A DNA stretch of 64,000 nt from the human T2T-CHM13v2.0 reference genome, Homo sapiens. The stretch is taken from assembly GCF_009914755.1 (NCBI RefSeq), contig NC_060936.1; one strand, 5' to 3'. Made by a program: the position numbers and the translations under genes. Every line of letters begins with the position of its first letter. The stretch's first letter is position 1. Of this stretch, positions 40,251-53,576 are shown piece after piece. Below the pieces are notes generated by a model. It did no database searches. It worked only from the letters and a program-made list of their open reading frames with translations, and was not told the DNA's origin.

Positions 40251-42419
40251 ACAGGTCCATCCAATATACACCTTGCCTTCCAATAGAAGCCAAAGCCCTA
40301 TTGCCTAATCTCTTCACTTTAAGAACATGAAGAATAGTGTTGAGTTCCCCTTTGAGATCTGACTGTGGTTAAAGCTTCACAAATTTCAGAAAAACAGAAT
40401 AACTCACTAAAATAAAAATTTAAAGCTACCCCACAGAAAACATCTACCACAACCCAAAACTTCAGGGTTTATATATCCAGATTTTAGTGAACTATATGAC
40501 TCTCCCTAGTCCCTTGCTCTGTCTCCTGGTAAATACTGTCCCTTTCAGAGCCCTGGCACATACATAGTGTAATAAGATCAGACCCCATCCCCCTACCATT
40601 CCAATGCAATCTAATTGCAAAGTGAAAATCCAGGGCCGTCTTAGATCCTCATCTGTCTACGTCTCTCTTGGTCCCCACTGCTTGATACGCAGTCTCAGGT
40701 TCAATACCATTCTCTCTTTTTGTGCTTTAGGTCTCTGTATTGTTTCCTTTTCACCACTTTTTTTTTTTTAATGAAGTGATTTTAAATGGAAAATTAAAAA
40801 CTTAACTGTGAATCTGGCAGTTTCCTGCTAATGCCTCTTTGCTAAGAAGCTTCATAAAATACTGTATCTTATTCACTTCAGCACAGCTGCTGTGGGCTCT
40901 CACCACTTAACCATTCACAATATGTCTGAGAGATTAATTTTTGTAAGGCTGTGGTTTGAGATATCTCCCCCTTCCTTGTTTTACTTAAAATCCTCAGTGG
41001 GAAAGCGTGCATGGGGAAAAAAAAAACCACCACCACCCTGGATAAAAGGTACTTTGGTAACATACGTGCTTTAGGAACTATAATTTGTCATTTTATTTTC
41101 TTGTGCCCTCTTCATTTGAAATGCTGCAGCCTTTCTGCCAGAAGTCTCAAGTTTGTGTATGAGACTGAGGGGGAAACGAGAGTAGGTACCTTGTGCTGAG
41201 ACTGTCCTGGGACAGTCCCGTGGTGGGTGTGAGCGTCTGTGTGATGCAGGTATGCTTATTTCTTCATGAAAGCCGCAGGTACTGGTTGCCTCTCGCAGGG
41301 TTAAAACTCTTGGCGGCTCACAGGAGGTGATGAAGAGCAAGGGCACGGGAGAATGAAGAAGCAGGAGGAAGGTGTGGGCCAGGGTCGGTTTCGGTGGGGT
41401 CCCCACTTGCTGGGTGAAAGCTGAACTGTTTATCCACACATCCCAGCAGCAGCAGAAAGCCAAGGGGTGTTTTCAGGACTCAGCTGCCAAAGTTTCTTGA
41501 AGCAGCTCTGCTCAAAGGCATATGCTGGGCTCACTTCTGAGGGAAATTTCCTTTTTGGGGAAGTTGAAGCAAAGGAATTTCCTGTGTGGGCAGACAGAGC
41601 TTCCTGACTTGAAGGCTTCTTGGAAGGGAAACAGTTTCATAATGAAATGACAAATTAAAGACATACCAGCCGGGTTCACTTCAAAACAGCTATTGAGAGT
41701 GCAGGCAAAGCCCTATTATACTCCCTCACAGAACAAAAATAAATCCCATCCTGACAGGTTTCTGTATGCCGGATTATATCCGTCCCCCCACACCTTTCTT
41801 CACAGCCTTCTTCATGCTTCCCTTCCTCCCACCCCCGCCATTAGCTGCCACCAGCTCCATCTTGAACAGCTCTCGAGAGCAGCCGGCAGCCAGGCCGGGA
41901 GCCTGTTTCTTGCTCCCTTGCTTTGTGGCTTTGCCCATCCCTGACCTGCGTGGAGGCCTTATAGGTTATGTGACAGCCCTATGCTGCCAAGACACAGAAA
42001 TGACCTCTTTCCTTCCCCTTTTGACATAAAGCAATGATTGAAGACGTCTTCAGCAATGGGGTGGGGGCGGGCAGTCAGGGGAGAATGCAGCCATTTCCTC
42101 AGGCCGGCCTTTAAAATCTTGAAGGCAGTAAATGTAAGTGCTATTCCGGTCTTGGGAGCTGGGTCTGAATTCTTTGCTTTGTTGAAGGAAATAGGGCTCT
42201 GTGCTGGGTGGACGATATTCTTGTACCTGAACATGTCATTTTCTTCAGTTCCATCAGCCTGCATGTGGTGCTTTGTTTTGTTTCTGAAATTGACATGATG
42301 ATGCCTTAGGAACTAAATTTTTTTCTTTAATGGAACAGGCTAGGAGAAAGAAGGATGGCGGTATCATTTGGGGCGTGAGAACAGTCATTATTAATTAGGC
42401 TTAAGTTAATGAAATAAAA

Positions 42420-42625
42420 AAGGCACAGGCTTTGAAATCAGTTGTCTAAATTTAAGGGCCAGCTCTAACAATATACAACCAGCAATGTAACCTTGAACAA
42501 GTCACTGAACCTCCCAGCCTCAGTTTCCTTATCTCTAAAATGGGTACAGTCATACCTTTTTCACATTGTTGTGAGGAAATTAGATTATGATTTCAGAGGC
42601 ACTTTGTGAATTCCTATAAGCCTTC
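42420..42625 (+). mobile_element. MIR
   Basis: ggctttgaaatcag...tgtaaccttgaacaagtcactgaacctc...cctcagtttccttatctctaaaatggg. Confidence 0.85.
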
Positions 42626-42805
42626 ATACTTCTTATTAAACCACTATTGGGATCTCTGGAGACTGAAATATAGTATTAGGCTAAGACAGCAGAATTGTAG
42701 AATTTGTAGATCAATTTGGCAAATATTTAGTAGAAGTCTTCTATGTGTGCAGCATGGCTCGACTCTGTGGGGGAAAATAAACAAGTGGAAAGTTTCAGGT
42801 GGCCG

Positions 42806-42990
42806 CATGGTATAGCAGAAAGAATATTGGACTTGGGGCCAGGAGGCCAGGGTTCAATCCTGGCTGTCACTCAGTTGCCTGTGACTTGGTATGAACTGTT
42901 TAACCTTGATGAGCCTCAGTTGCTCATCTGTAAAACTGGGAGAAATCAAACTCTATGACCTTAATAAACTCTGTCCAACTCTAACATTGT
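42806..42990 (+). mobile_element. MIR3-like
   Basis: catggtatagcagaaagaatattggacttgg...gggttcaatcctggctgtcact...gagcctcagtt.ctcatctgtaaaactggg...tccaactctaacatt. Confidence 0.85.
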
Positions 42991-43599
42991 ATAATCAGTT
43001 TTAAGAGGTTTTTGCCTTTAGCAGCTGTTTATAGGATTTATTCTAAAGAGTAGGGAAGAAATATTCATTGTATAAGAGCTTGTCTGATGAAGAAGATTGC
43101 ATGAAAAAGCTACACTTTTTTAATAAGTATATCTGATGTAAACAGGAAAAATGGGTGCTTGCCAGATATGTCATCTATAGCAACTTGTTTTGAGGGGGTC
43201 TCTGAATGCTGACATGAAAATGACTAGGATCATGGGTTGAACGTGAGTTTGCTCAAGAGAAGGTTCTCTTGGGGCTTTGGTTTACTTCCTCCCAGCTGCT
43301 CCAGGGAACACTCAGGATATTTCCAAATGGCTGCTCATTTAAGCCATTCCCGTTATGGTTCTCCTTGTCCAAATTGGCTTCCATGGTACAGTCCCAGTGT
43401 TGACTGGTTCTGCTAATTTGATTCTTTTTTTTTTTAATGTGCTGATATGTAGTTTTAGGACTGCTGCATTATTGTTCCTCTATCTTTCCGTTTGTATTAG
43501 TAAAGAACTATTAGCAATTTTGCCTCAGTCTTCTAAGCACGCTTTTTGATTGGAGAAAACCAAGGTACCAGAAAACTTAGATACCATGTGGAAAGTCAC

Positions 43600-43822
43600 A
43601 GTTTACTGGGTGTGTACTATGTGTTACTAGTGCTTTAATAAATTTCCTCATTAATTTTATTCTCCCAGCAAGCCTGGCAGGTAGCTGATAGTATCTTTGC
43701 TTTACACATACAGAAACTAGGGCTTAGAGATGGTAAGTAATTGGGTCAAGGCCACAGAACTGGCTGGTAGCAGAGCCAGAATTTGAACTCATGTCTGCCT
43801 GCTCCAAAGCCTGTGTTCTTTA
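43600..43822 (-). mobile_element. MIR
   Basis: gtttactgggtgtgtactatgtg...gaaactagggcttagaga.ggtaagtaattg..caaggccacag...cagagccagaatttgaactc. Confidence 0.85.
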
Positions 43823-46062
43823 TCCCCTCAGTGCACCCCTACTGTTTTGACTGCTGTTAAATTGACCTTATGCTTAGAACCGAAGTCAAACCCGTACCAG
43901 GGCTGCAAAAAGAAACAAAATTAACCTCATAGTCTGCATACTCTCGAAATGGCAAAAAAGCCTGCAACTTTCCGTTGTGGAAAATAATATACCTGGGTGA
44001 TAAACTGAGCAAACATCACCCTTGCCCTTGCCTCTGAAAGAGAGCCTGTTCTAGTTCATCCTGGGGCCAGCTTGGCCTGGAACCCCACTGGCCAGCTCTG
44101 TCCACACCTTGCATATTAGGACAGAAATCTGCCTACCACATTCCAGCTACATAAAGAAGGTGGCCAGCACCTGACTGCCTCTTTCTCCTTGTGAAATTCC
44201 TTGGAAATACCATTTGTGACTGCTTGGGCTTGTTCTGAAGAAAATTCAAATCTTGTTCTGTTTAACAAGGATTGATTGAAGAACCCGTAGGCTCAGTGCT
44301 AGTACAAAGATAAGCAAGGAAGGAACTCAGAATAAGAGAGAAAAAACTTGGATAATAATTATCAAAACCAGTATTTATTGAGCACCTACTGTGCCCAGTA
44401 GAGTAGTAATTACAGGAGGTAAATATCTAAAACTTACATAGCTCTTCACAGAACATACATCTGTTCTTGCTTCTGTGTTTGATTTTATTAGCTTTCCTCT
44501 GTACACATAAGCTTTTAGTGTATGTCCTATTATTGAAGTCCAGAGTTTTATTATTTTTCACTTATTTGGGCATAGATAGTTCCAGAATTTACTTGTCTTC
44601 CTCATTCTCATTGTTAATCTCATTTTTCTTCCCTGGAGAATATGGACTTTCAAAACTATTTTTCAATCAAGGCCAAAATATTTCTTAAAATTCACTTCTG
44701 TTTAAAACACAGATAACATCCAGGAGAAAATCTGAGAAGAAAAAAAAAAACGATTTTGATGGTACCTGATTATAAAAGACTCACAGTACTAAGTTATTCT
44801 TTGGCACGTGTAGCAAAATACTATGTAGGTGTCATTTCGAGTTCATAGTAAGGGGAGAAATGGTGTCATTTTTCCTGCAGAGAAATTTAATCTTTCACTT
44901 TAATCTTTCATTGGCCTATAGCAGCCAGTGGGGTCTTTTAAAAAATTCTTTTCCTTCATATTCCCCGTTTGAGCTTAAGGTACAAAAAAAGAAAATACTC
45001 TTGAAATGCTGTGACCAGATCTAGACTGTAACATGCCCCTTCGCTCCTCTGGTGAGGAAGTGCGGGAAGGTGGAAGACATTGAGGGGTTGATTATTTACT
45101 TCGTTTGGAAGTAAGAAGGGAGGTAGCTCTTATTTGGAATAAGAGCTGTCTTCAGAACAGGTGTGTGCTCTCCTGAAGCCCAGAGCTGTGACTCCCTGGG
45201 TGTGTCTCTTACCTGTGCCCTTGGGCAGGTGGCACGGGAGAAGAATACGATAAGAGGAGGATGGTACAGACAGAGGAGTCACAGGCTGAACAGGCTGTCA
45301 CCGGGGCAAGATGACTGACAGGTGGATGGAATTCACCATCCTTTCCTTTCAATCAAAAAAAAGGTAGAAAGTTGCTCATAAGTAAGTTTGAGTTATATCA
45401 TCTTCTTCATAGCCGTTGCTCTTCAGACACAGGTGCTGGTAATCAGGAAAATGCAAGGAAACAGCTCTGGGGAAAAGGAACAAGCCTCGTTGGCCTTGAG
45501 AGCCCCAGTAGACCATCAGGCCTTGCTTTGGATATTGGGAGGTGACAGTGCCTTCTCACGTGCCTGACAGTTTCCCTGCACCACCAAGACTCTGTGTGAC
45601 TGAGGCCGTGGCCCGGGTTTCAGGATGGGCATTCAGAGGAAGGAAGTTCCCCCTCCTTCACTTACCTCACGCTTACTAGATGCTGGGTTGCCTATGCCCA
45701 TGTTAAAGGAAGCCAGATAACTTTCTGTCCCCATGTGATCCAGGCCCATCCTGAAGCCTGGGGGTTCTGAACATAAGTATGGCGGTTGCAGCCTTCCTTC
45801 TGTGACTTCTGGAATTCCTGACAGAGAGGGTCATATCTAGCCACTGTCAACCGGATGCTAGACTTGTTTTGTTAGGCCCTTCCTCCTTCCCTTCCTCTAC
45901 TTATCTTCCAATAACCTTAGGATTTGGAGGAAATTAAAATAAACCTTCTTCTAGAAAGGTGTCAGGGACCCATGCACAAATGTAGCCTTTTTGATGCTTG
46001 AGAAAGAATGCCTTTTTGACTTCCGTGAATAAAGAATAAGTCACGGCTAATGAGTAAGTAAC

Positions 46063-46209
46063 AGCATGTGCCTGTGGTCCCAGTTATTCAGGAGGCTGAG
46101 GCAGGAGGATTGCTTGATCCCATGAGTTCAAGGCTGCAGTGAGCCATGATTGTGCCACTGCACTCCAGCCTGAACAACAGAGCAAGACCCCATCTCTTAA
46201 AAAAAAAAA
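46063..46209 (+). mobile_element. FRAM / AluJ right monomer
   Basis: tgcctgtggtcccag..attcaggaggctgaggcaggaggattgcttga...gagcaagaccccatctc plus A tail; no left arm. Confidence 0.9.
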
Positions 46210-48209
46210 GGAAAAATGCCTATGCAATGGCTCTGAGGCACCCTCATGGTTGATCCAATGGCCTTGCCTAGTGATTTTGACATGCTTTAACTTGTGACCA
46301 ACATCTAGTCTATTTGTCTCCCATTAGAGACTGGTTGTGACAGCATTGCCATTGACCTGCCATATATAGGAACTCCAGTGTCTGAAAACATAGCAGGACT
46401 TTGTAGGTATTAACATTGAGCAGTGCTTTCACATTTTACAGCTTACCGTGATGAGCAAGATATTGTGTCAAAAATAGTGCATTGCAGATATCAATAAGAG
46501 GTAGGGTAGGCAGTGATTTCAGTGGTGTCCCACTCCACACTGTAATTTTGTTTCTTTGGTCAACTAATGTAAGAACTGAGTCTGTAACTCTAACCTAGGG
46601 AGCCATTGCTGTGTGTCAACTTTGTTGCTTTAAAATCTTGAGACACCTTTTCAGTATCTCCCACTTTGTCTGAGTAGTCATACTTCTAATGATATTTAAA
46701 AGTCAAACTCTAAATACTTTGGAGCTAAATCTCAGCAGAGATAAACTTCAAACTGGTGGGAGTGGGGGTAGAGAAACCCTTCTGGGAGTCAGAATGAGAT
46801 ACTTGTGTGTCTGGACTGGTGGCAGGTTTGTATGTTACCAGAGTGATCTCCATGGTAACGGATCAACATGGCGCCAATGACAACTCTACACTAAGAGCTT
46901 CAGGTTCCCATGAGAAAGTGGATCCTCACAGCAAATAGGAAGAAATCAAGAAATATGGATCCACACTCCCCTTCCCTGTAGAATTCTGGCCGTGAAGTTT
47001 CAGTTCATATAACCAACACCATGTCCTATTTAACCACTTGGGTCCCTCTGAGTAAACCAAGACTCTTCTGAGAATGCAGTGTTCTCTCAGATTTCAACTA
47101 AATTCATACAAAGTTTAATCAGACTTGCATAGCAAAGAACTATATTGCAGTGGAGCAAGAATGTAACTTGGAGTCAGGAAGCCTGGCCTCCAGACCCAGC
47201 TCTGACACTGTGATATGAGGAAATCACCTCGCAGGTTCTTATTTTCCAGATTCTCAAATTCCCACCAGTGCTGATGGTCAATCATCCAATTATATTGAAA
47301 GCCCTTAGTATGATACATCAGCAGTAGGAAAGGTAGATGACTAAATATAATACAGTGTGCCTTTTCCTACACCATCAAAGGTATGATAATGTTGTGATCA
47401 TGTGTATAAAAACTTTCAGACACCTAAAAAGTAGAAGGTGTGATTCATCTCTGTTAAAGCTTAATCTCTGAGCATAACAACCAACATCTGGAAGCTAGGC
47501 AGCCAACAGAGGGGTTAATTTTTCTGGAACCTTGGTTGCAAAAGGTTATTAGTTTGCAGAAAGACTCAGAGATCACTGTTTATCTTAAACCACAAGAGAA
47601 TGTTTTTGAATTCAGAAGAACAGTGATATAGTTCGGTAATTTCATGAACCTCTTCCCTGGGAAACCTTATGACTCAACAGTCAAAGGTGTCCGAATAGTA
47701 AAGATGGTTTTCAGTGATCAGGTCTGTGCCCATGCCTGGCCTTGGATAGACTCTGAAATGAGATTCTTTGTTTGATTGATGGGGTGATGGTTTCTGTTGT
47801 GTACATTTGAAGGAAACCAGTTTCCCCACCCAAAATTTCTAAGGAGTTTAATCTTTGGGGTATAGGGGAGTTAAACTACACTGAGTCAAGGAAGTAATTG
47901 ATTGCATATTTCCTCTAAAAGTCAGCTATGGACTTGATATTGACTAAAACAAACTAGCAGTTCTCTTCCACCACCAAGTCAGAGCGTCTGTTCACCATTC
48001 TGCATGATTAAAAGAACAACTAAGAATGGTAATGCTCCATTTAAACTTTCCTTGTGATTCTCTCTGGTCTACCTTCAATCAACAAAAGCCTAAAATTTTT
48101 ATTTTAGAATCATGATGTTGGAAGATCTTTAGATTGCTCATACCATAAAGCTGTTTCTAAGATTGGTCTCGGGAAGGTCCAAGATCAGGATTGAAGTATG
48201 AAAAATCTT

Positions 48210-48522
<313 letters not shown>

Positions 48523-50779
48523 TTATTGCCTTGTCACCTTTTTGTCTTAAGTTTACTTTGTTGGTATAAAGAATTTTTTTTAATTCAGCAAGAGCTCAAA
48601 GAGCCATATATATATATATAAATTTTTTTTTAATTAAAAATCTTTCTGCTCAAGTCTCAACTACAGTGAGACTGAATGGAAAATGCAAAAGCTCTTGACA
48701 TGATGTCGGAATGAACAAGATGGAGAGGTTGAATTTGAGAACCTGGTTTCCTTATTGTGAAATTCCAGTTTCAGAACATTGGCACTGTCTGGTTCAAATA
48801 TAAATACACATTATTTTATTGTAATCCGCTAGTTTAAATTGTTTATTCTGCTTATAAGGAAGAGATCCATGATAGCTGTGAACCCCTTTGAAGGAGACTT
48901 TATCCATGGCTCAGTCCAAGGTGTTTGAAGCACTTTTCTCATGGCCTGGCTGGAAAGACTTTCAGAAATAAGCAGGGTTCTGGTAGGAAAATGAAGGCAG
49001 TTGAGGAAAACAGTGCACATATTTGTAAGAGGACTATACTTGGTATCTTGGAAAACATAAACAGACCCTAGACTGTCTACCCCAAGTCTGGGAAGGCGGT
49101 CCTCTGAAGCTGAGGTTCTCCTGGAACTCCCTTCCACAGGGCTGCGTTGCAAATGCCATTGTGGAGGCATCACCCGATGTGGTGGACCTGAACATTGGGG
49201 AAATGCAGTGCTGCCTGCTGCTGCGCTGGCTGGCATCTGCCCTCCTCCGTCTCCTGGGTGCTGCCACAGAGAAGAGAGAGAGAGTGAAGCGGGCAGAGAC
49301 TGGCTGTTGCCATCACACAACTGAGGGCGGACCTGGAGCTCAGCCGGCTGAGGGTTTGAGAGACCGTTGGGAGCAAGACCCAACCACAAGGCCCATGGAA
49401 GAGGAAGTTGGCAGATCTCAGAAAGGGGAGGAAAAGGAGAGGTGCTTATTTGTTCATCTTGTTTTTGCTTTTAAGGAAAGGAGGAGAGTTAAATGAGAAA
49501 GGAGGGCGAGTTGAGAAGGTTCTGAGCAGTTTCAGGTCCACGGTTGAGCAATGTTCTTCCTGGTCAACAAACTGCCTGGATTTCATTTTGGCCTGACAAC
49601 AGCCCCACCACCTAGGGAACTGCACAGAGATCCTGTGTGTTAACCACGCAAGAGAGTCTGCAGTTAGAATACTGGGGCTTGTGCAGAGAGAAGAATTCAG
49701 AAAGTCAAAGGCTGGATGTAGGTGAAGAGACTATGGACTCTGCCTTCATGTCATCAGTTAAAGTGCCCTGCACACCTGCCTGTCCTAGGTCCTGTAGGGA
49801 TGTGATATAACAAGCATGAGCTGTACCTTAGTGTCTGTGTTCCAGAACTTTGTTGGCTCCCGAAGCACCTTTCCCTCCTCCCAAGAGGAATAAACAAATG
49901 TAAATAAATGGTGCCCAGGTTTTCATTTGGCTCACAAAAGATTATATAAAACTCATAGTCTGTCTGAAGTATGTTACCTGTAAACCTGTTTCAGCTAACC
50001 ACCTTTTCTAGCACAATCAAGCTGGTAAAATACATGCCTGCACGCCAGCCACGGTACTGAGGACCACATCAAAACTGCTCCTTGAAGGAACTTGGAGAAA
50101 ATGAACAACCAGCAACTTGTTAGCTGGTCTCTGAATGACAGAGGGTACTGCTTTAGATGTCCCCCAGGAATTCTGAGTTTATGCAGCAGAGCGACCGTAG
50201 CCCCGGGGTCAGGCAGGACAAGGGGATCAGACCTTCCTCTTGCTATGTGTGGATCATTATTCAGCTGAATGTCTCTAATCAGGAACTCTGGGCATAAAAA
50301 CACGATCTCTGCAGACTTGTGTGTGGCTAGACGCCCTCTGTGTGCTGTATTTGTAATTCTCTGTCTCTGTATGGTTTCAGCCTTGGAAGAAGCTTTGAAC
50401 CAGTGATGAGTTTGCTTTCCGCAGTCAAAACTGTGGTTTGAGAATTTCACTGTTAATAATTGGGAGTAAAGGAAAAAGCTGGGCTATTGAAGGGTAAAGC
50501 CGATGTCCCTAGGACTGTGGCCTCAGGAAGATGACTGGATGGCGGCAGCAGAACTGATGGCAGAAACCAGGGAAGCTGATGTTGTATTGCAGCCTCCCTC
50601 ACACAGATTCTAATCCTAGAAAGTGGACTGTGGAAAAAAACTTAACTATTCACAACAAACGTTTACCAGTCTTATTTAGTGGCAGGCCTTGTGATGAGTG
50701 CTGGGGTTAAACCATAAGTCAAATACAGACACTGCTGTCTTTATTATTCATTAAAATGTCTTTAGGGTAATTTTGTATT

Positions 50780-50910
50780 TACATCTTCAGCAAATATTAA
50801 CTGAGCACCTGTGATCAACCACATAGCTGCTAGGCACTGTGAATACCGTGGTAGACAAGAACAGACGCTTTTCTTGTTTATCCGTGGAATTTACAATCTA
50901 GAGGGGAGAC
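50780..50910 (-). mobile_element. L2 3' end
   Basis: ttcagcaaatattaactgagcacct...ctaggcactgtgaatac...ggaatttacaatctagagggg. Confidence 0.7.
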
Positions 50911-51704
50911 TCCACCTACCCCACCAGATGTGTGCAGAAGGCGCCATCACTGCTTTAGTTTCAGGTCTTTGCTCAGGTCATTGCTCACACTGAGTCCACA
51001 TTTATAAGTTTTCCTGTCGGGTGAGCTGCCGAAGGGCCAGGGAACGTGATAAACCATACAAGCAGCGCATCCAAGAAGTGGTTTCTGAGCAGTCACTGAG
51101 ACAGCGAGGGTTCCCTGCACTGAGCACCAAGTTATTACTATTTTCCATACACGTCAATATGTTATTGATTGCTTCACTGTGCTGATCTGTTTTTGTTTCA
51201 TGTGGCTCTTTGGGTCTGTCTAACCTGGTATTTTCAGTCTCACCAGCATTTCTAAAGTTCTAGAGACCCATTTCATCCACCTTACACCATGTCTACCACA
51301 GTGCCAGGCATCAAGCCTGCTAATTGTGCTTGATGGTGATTATTACCAGCCCCGGATTTGTAAGAGTCACCAGCAGTGGCATTTCAAGATTTAGCCTGGG
51401 AGCTCACGGTTATGTGGAAAGAGGGGCTCAAGACTAAGCCCAGGGAGGTTTTGGGGTGATAGAATTGATTCTTTACACTGAACGTGAATCCTCAGTGATG
51501 TTTTGATGAGGATGCAGGACATTGTGCTATGCTAAAGCCCGTCACAGCAGCATTAAAAATGTCCCAGTATGGAGACCTGACTTACACCTTGGCTCAATCA
51601 TTAAAATTAAATAACTCACCAAAGAATAAATACCAACAAATACTAGAAATGTTGATTTTTAGAATAATAAAATATCAGTTTTTGTTTTTTGAACTGGCAG
51701 GGAA

Positions 51705-51842
51705 TTTTTTTTTTTTTCTTTTTGTAGAGACAGTATCATGCTATGTTTCCCAGGCTGGTCTCCAAGTCCTGGCCTCAAGCTATCCTCCTGCTGTGGCCGC
51801 CCAAAGTGCTGGGATAAAAGGCATGAGCCACCACACCCAGCC
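51705..51842 (-). mobile_element. FLAM (left Alu monomer)
   Basis: T tail, then gtagagacag...caggctggtctc...ggcctcaagc.atcctcctg...ccaaagtgctggga...gagccaccacacccagcc. Confidence 0.9.
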
Positions 51843-52254
51843 AGGATTTTTTAAATGTTAATTTTCAATACACATGTAGCTATGAGGAGATGGACACATT
51901 CTTTCTATCTGACACACCTGGTCACTCCAAACGTTCAGCACTTCACATGGGAGGCTACATATGGAAGTGAAATGAAAAATCACCAGCAGCCGCAGAACAA
52001 AAATATAATCCAGTGAGCATAACTTTTATGGAAGCACTTCAGCAATATGGGTAAAGGACCTGAAAACACTTTTGCTCTTTGGCTCACTAATTCCTTTTCT
52101 AATAACCCATCCCTAGGGAACACTCTCCGATGCTGACAAACCTTCTTACACATGGTTCTGCAGAGCAGCAGAGGCCACCACCAGCAAGGTTCAATAAATT
52201 AAGGCAGGTCATTATGTGGGACTATTATGCACTAATTAAAAATCACATTTTTTA

Positions 52255-52578
<324 letters not shown>

Positions 52579-53389
52579 TCATATAATATAATTGAAAAGG
52601 CAGGGTACAAATCTCTCTCTTCAGAGTCATCTCAATTGTTTTTAATCCATAAAAATAAACCAAAAGGCTATGGAGGAAAATAGTTATTGTGGTTATCTCT
52701 AGGTAGAAGGATTGTGGGTAGAATTTCTTTCTCTTTACTGTGGAGTTTTTTTGTTTTTTTTTTCTTCTGGCATTGCCCAGGATTATTTCTGTCCATCAGG
52801 GCGTAGTGGGTCACTTCTGTACCCAGCAGCTTGCACCTAGATTTATTGTGTCAAAATGCAAATCTGGGCGTGCATTTTCCATTGTCCCCTCCCCACCTGC
52901 GCTTAAAACCCCTCCTTGTCTTCCTGCTGTAAGTAGGATAAATGCACCAGCTGTACTGGGCCTTTCCCATTTCCCATGCTGATCACATTCTCTCGCCTCT
53001 TTCTTCTGGCTACAACACACTTCTTCATTCCAAACCCTTCCCCCTGACCCACCTCCACCCCCCACCCTAGCAAGATTAATTCCCTGTAATTCTAGTTCAT
53101 CCTTTTGGCCCCAGTTTAAGCCATTTATTCATGCCAGGCTTTACAGAAGACTCACCAGCACCTCCAATGGGCTTCCAAGGTGCTCTCAACTTCCCTTAAC
53201 ACAGGTTCCCAGTTTATCCTCACCACTGAAGCCCAAGAGCTGGGACTGTGCCATATTGATCACCAGTGCATTCCCCCAGCACACAGCAGGACTCGGCTCA
53301 CCCTGGATGGTTCTTAAGCATTTATGAATGGGTGGATCTCACCTACGTGACCTGGAACTTCTCTGTTCTCAGAGCAAGCCATGTCAAAT

Positions 53390-53576
53390 AGCAGAAAATG
53401 CACCGGCTTTGGAGCCTACTGCAGGACTAGATGTCTCAGGGTCGCAGTTTCCTCATCCCTAAAAAGGGGAATCACGATGCTTATCTCATGCAGTTATTGT
53501 GAGGTTACAAGAGTTACTGCTTATGAAGGGCCCTGTCCAGCATCTGGCACGTGGCAGGTCCTCCGTGAATGACAGC
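53390..53576 (+). mobile_element. MIR
   Basis: ggctttggagcc...cagtttcctcatcc.taaaaagggga...tctcatg..gttattgtgagg...ctggcacgtggcagg. Confidence 0.75.

Noticed and set aside
47644-47775. 43-aa ATG ORF MNLFPGKPYDSTVKG... with a downstream ATTAAA
   Set aside because: Weak Kozak context and no recognisable family.
48829-49496. 186-aa (-) and 111-aa (+) ORFs
   Set aside because: No recognisable protein similarity; explained by local GC richness.
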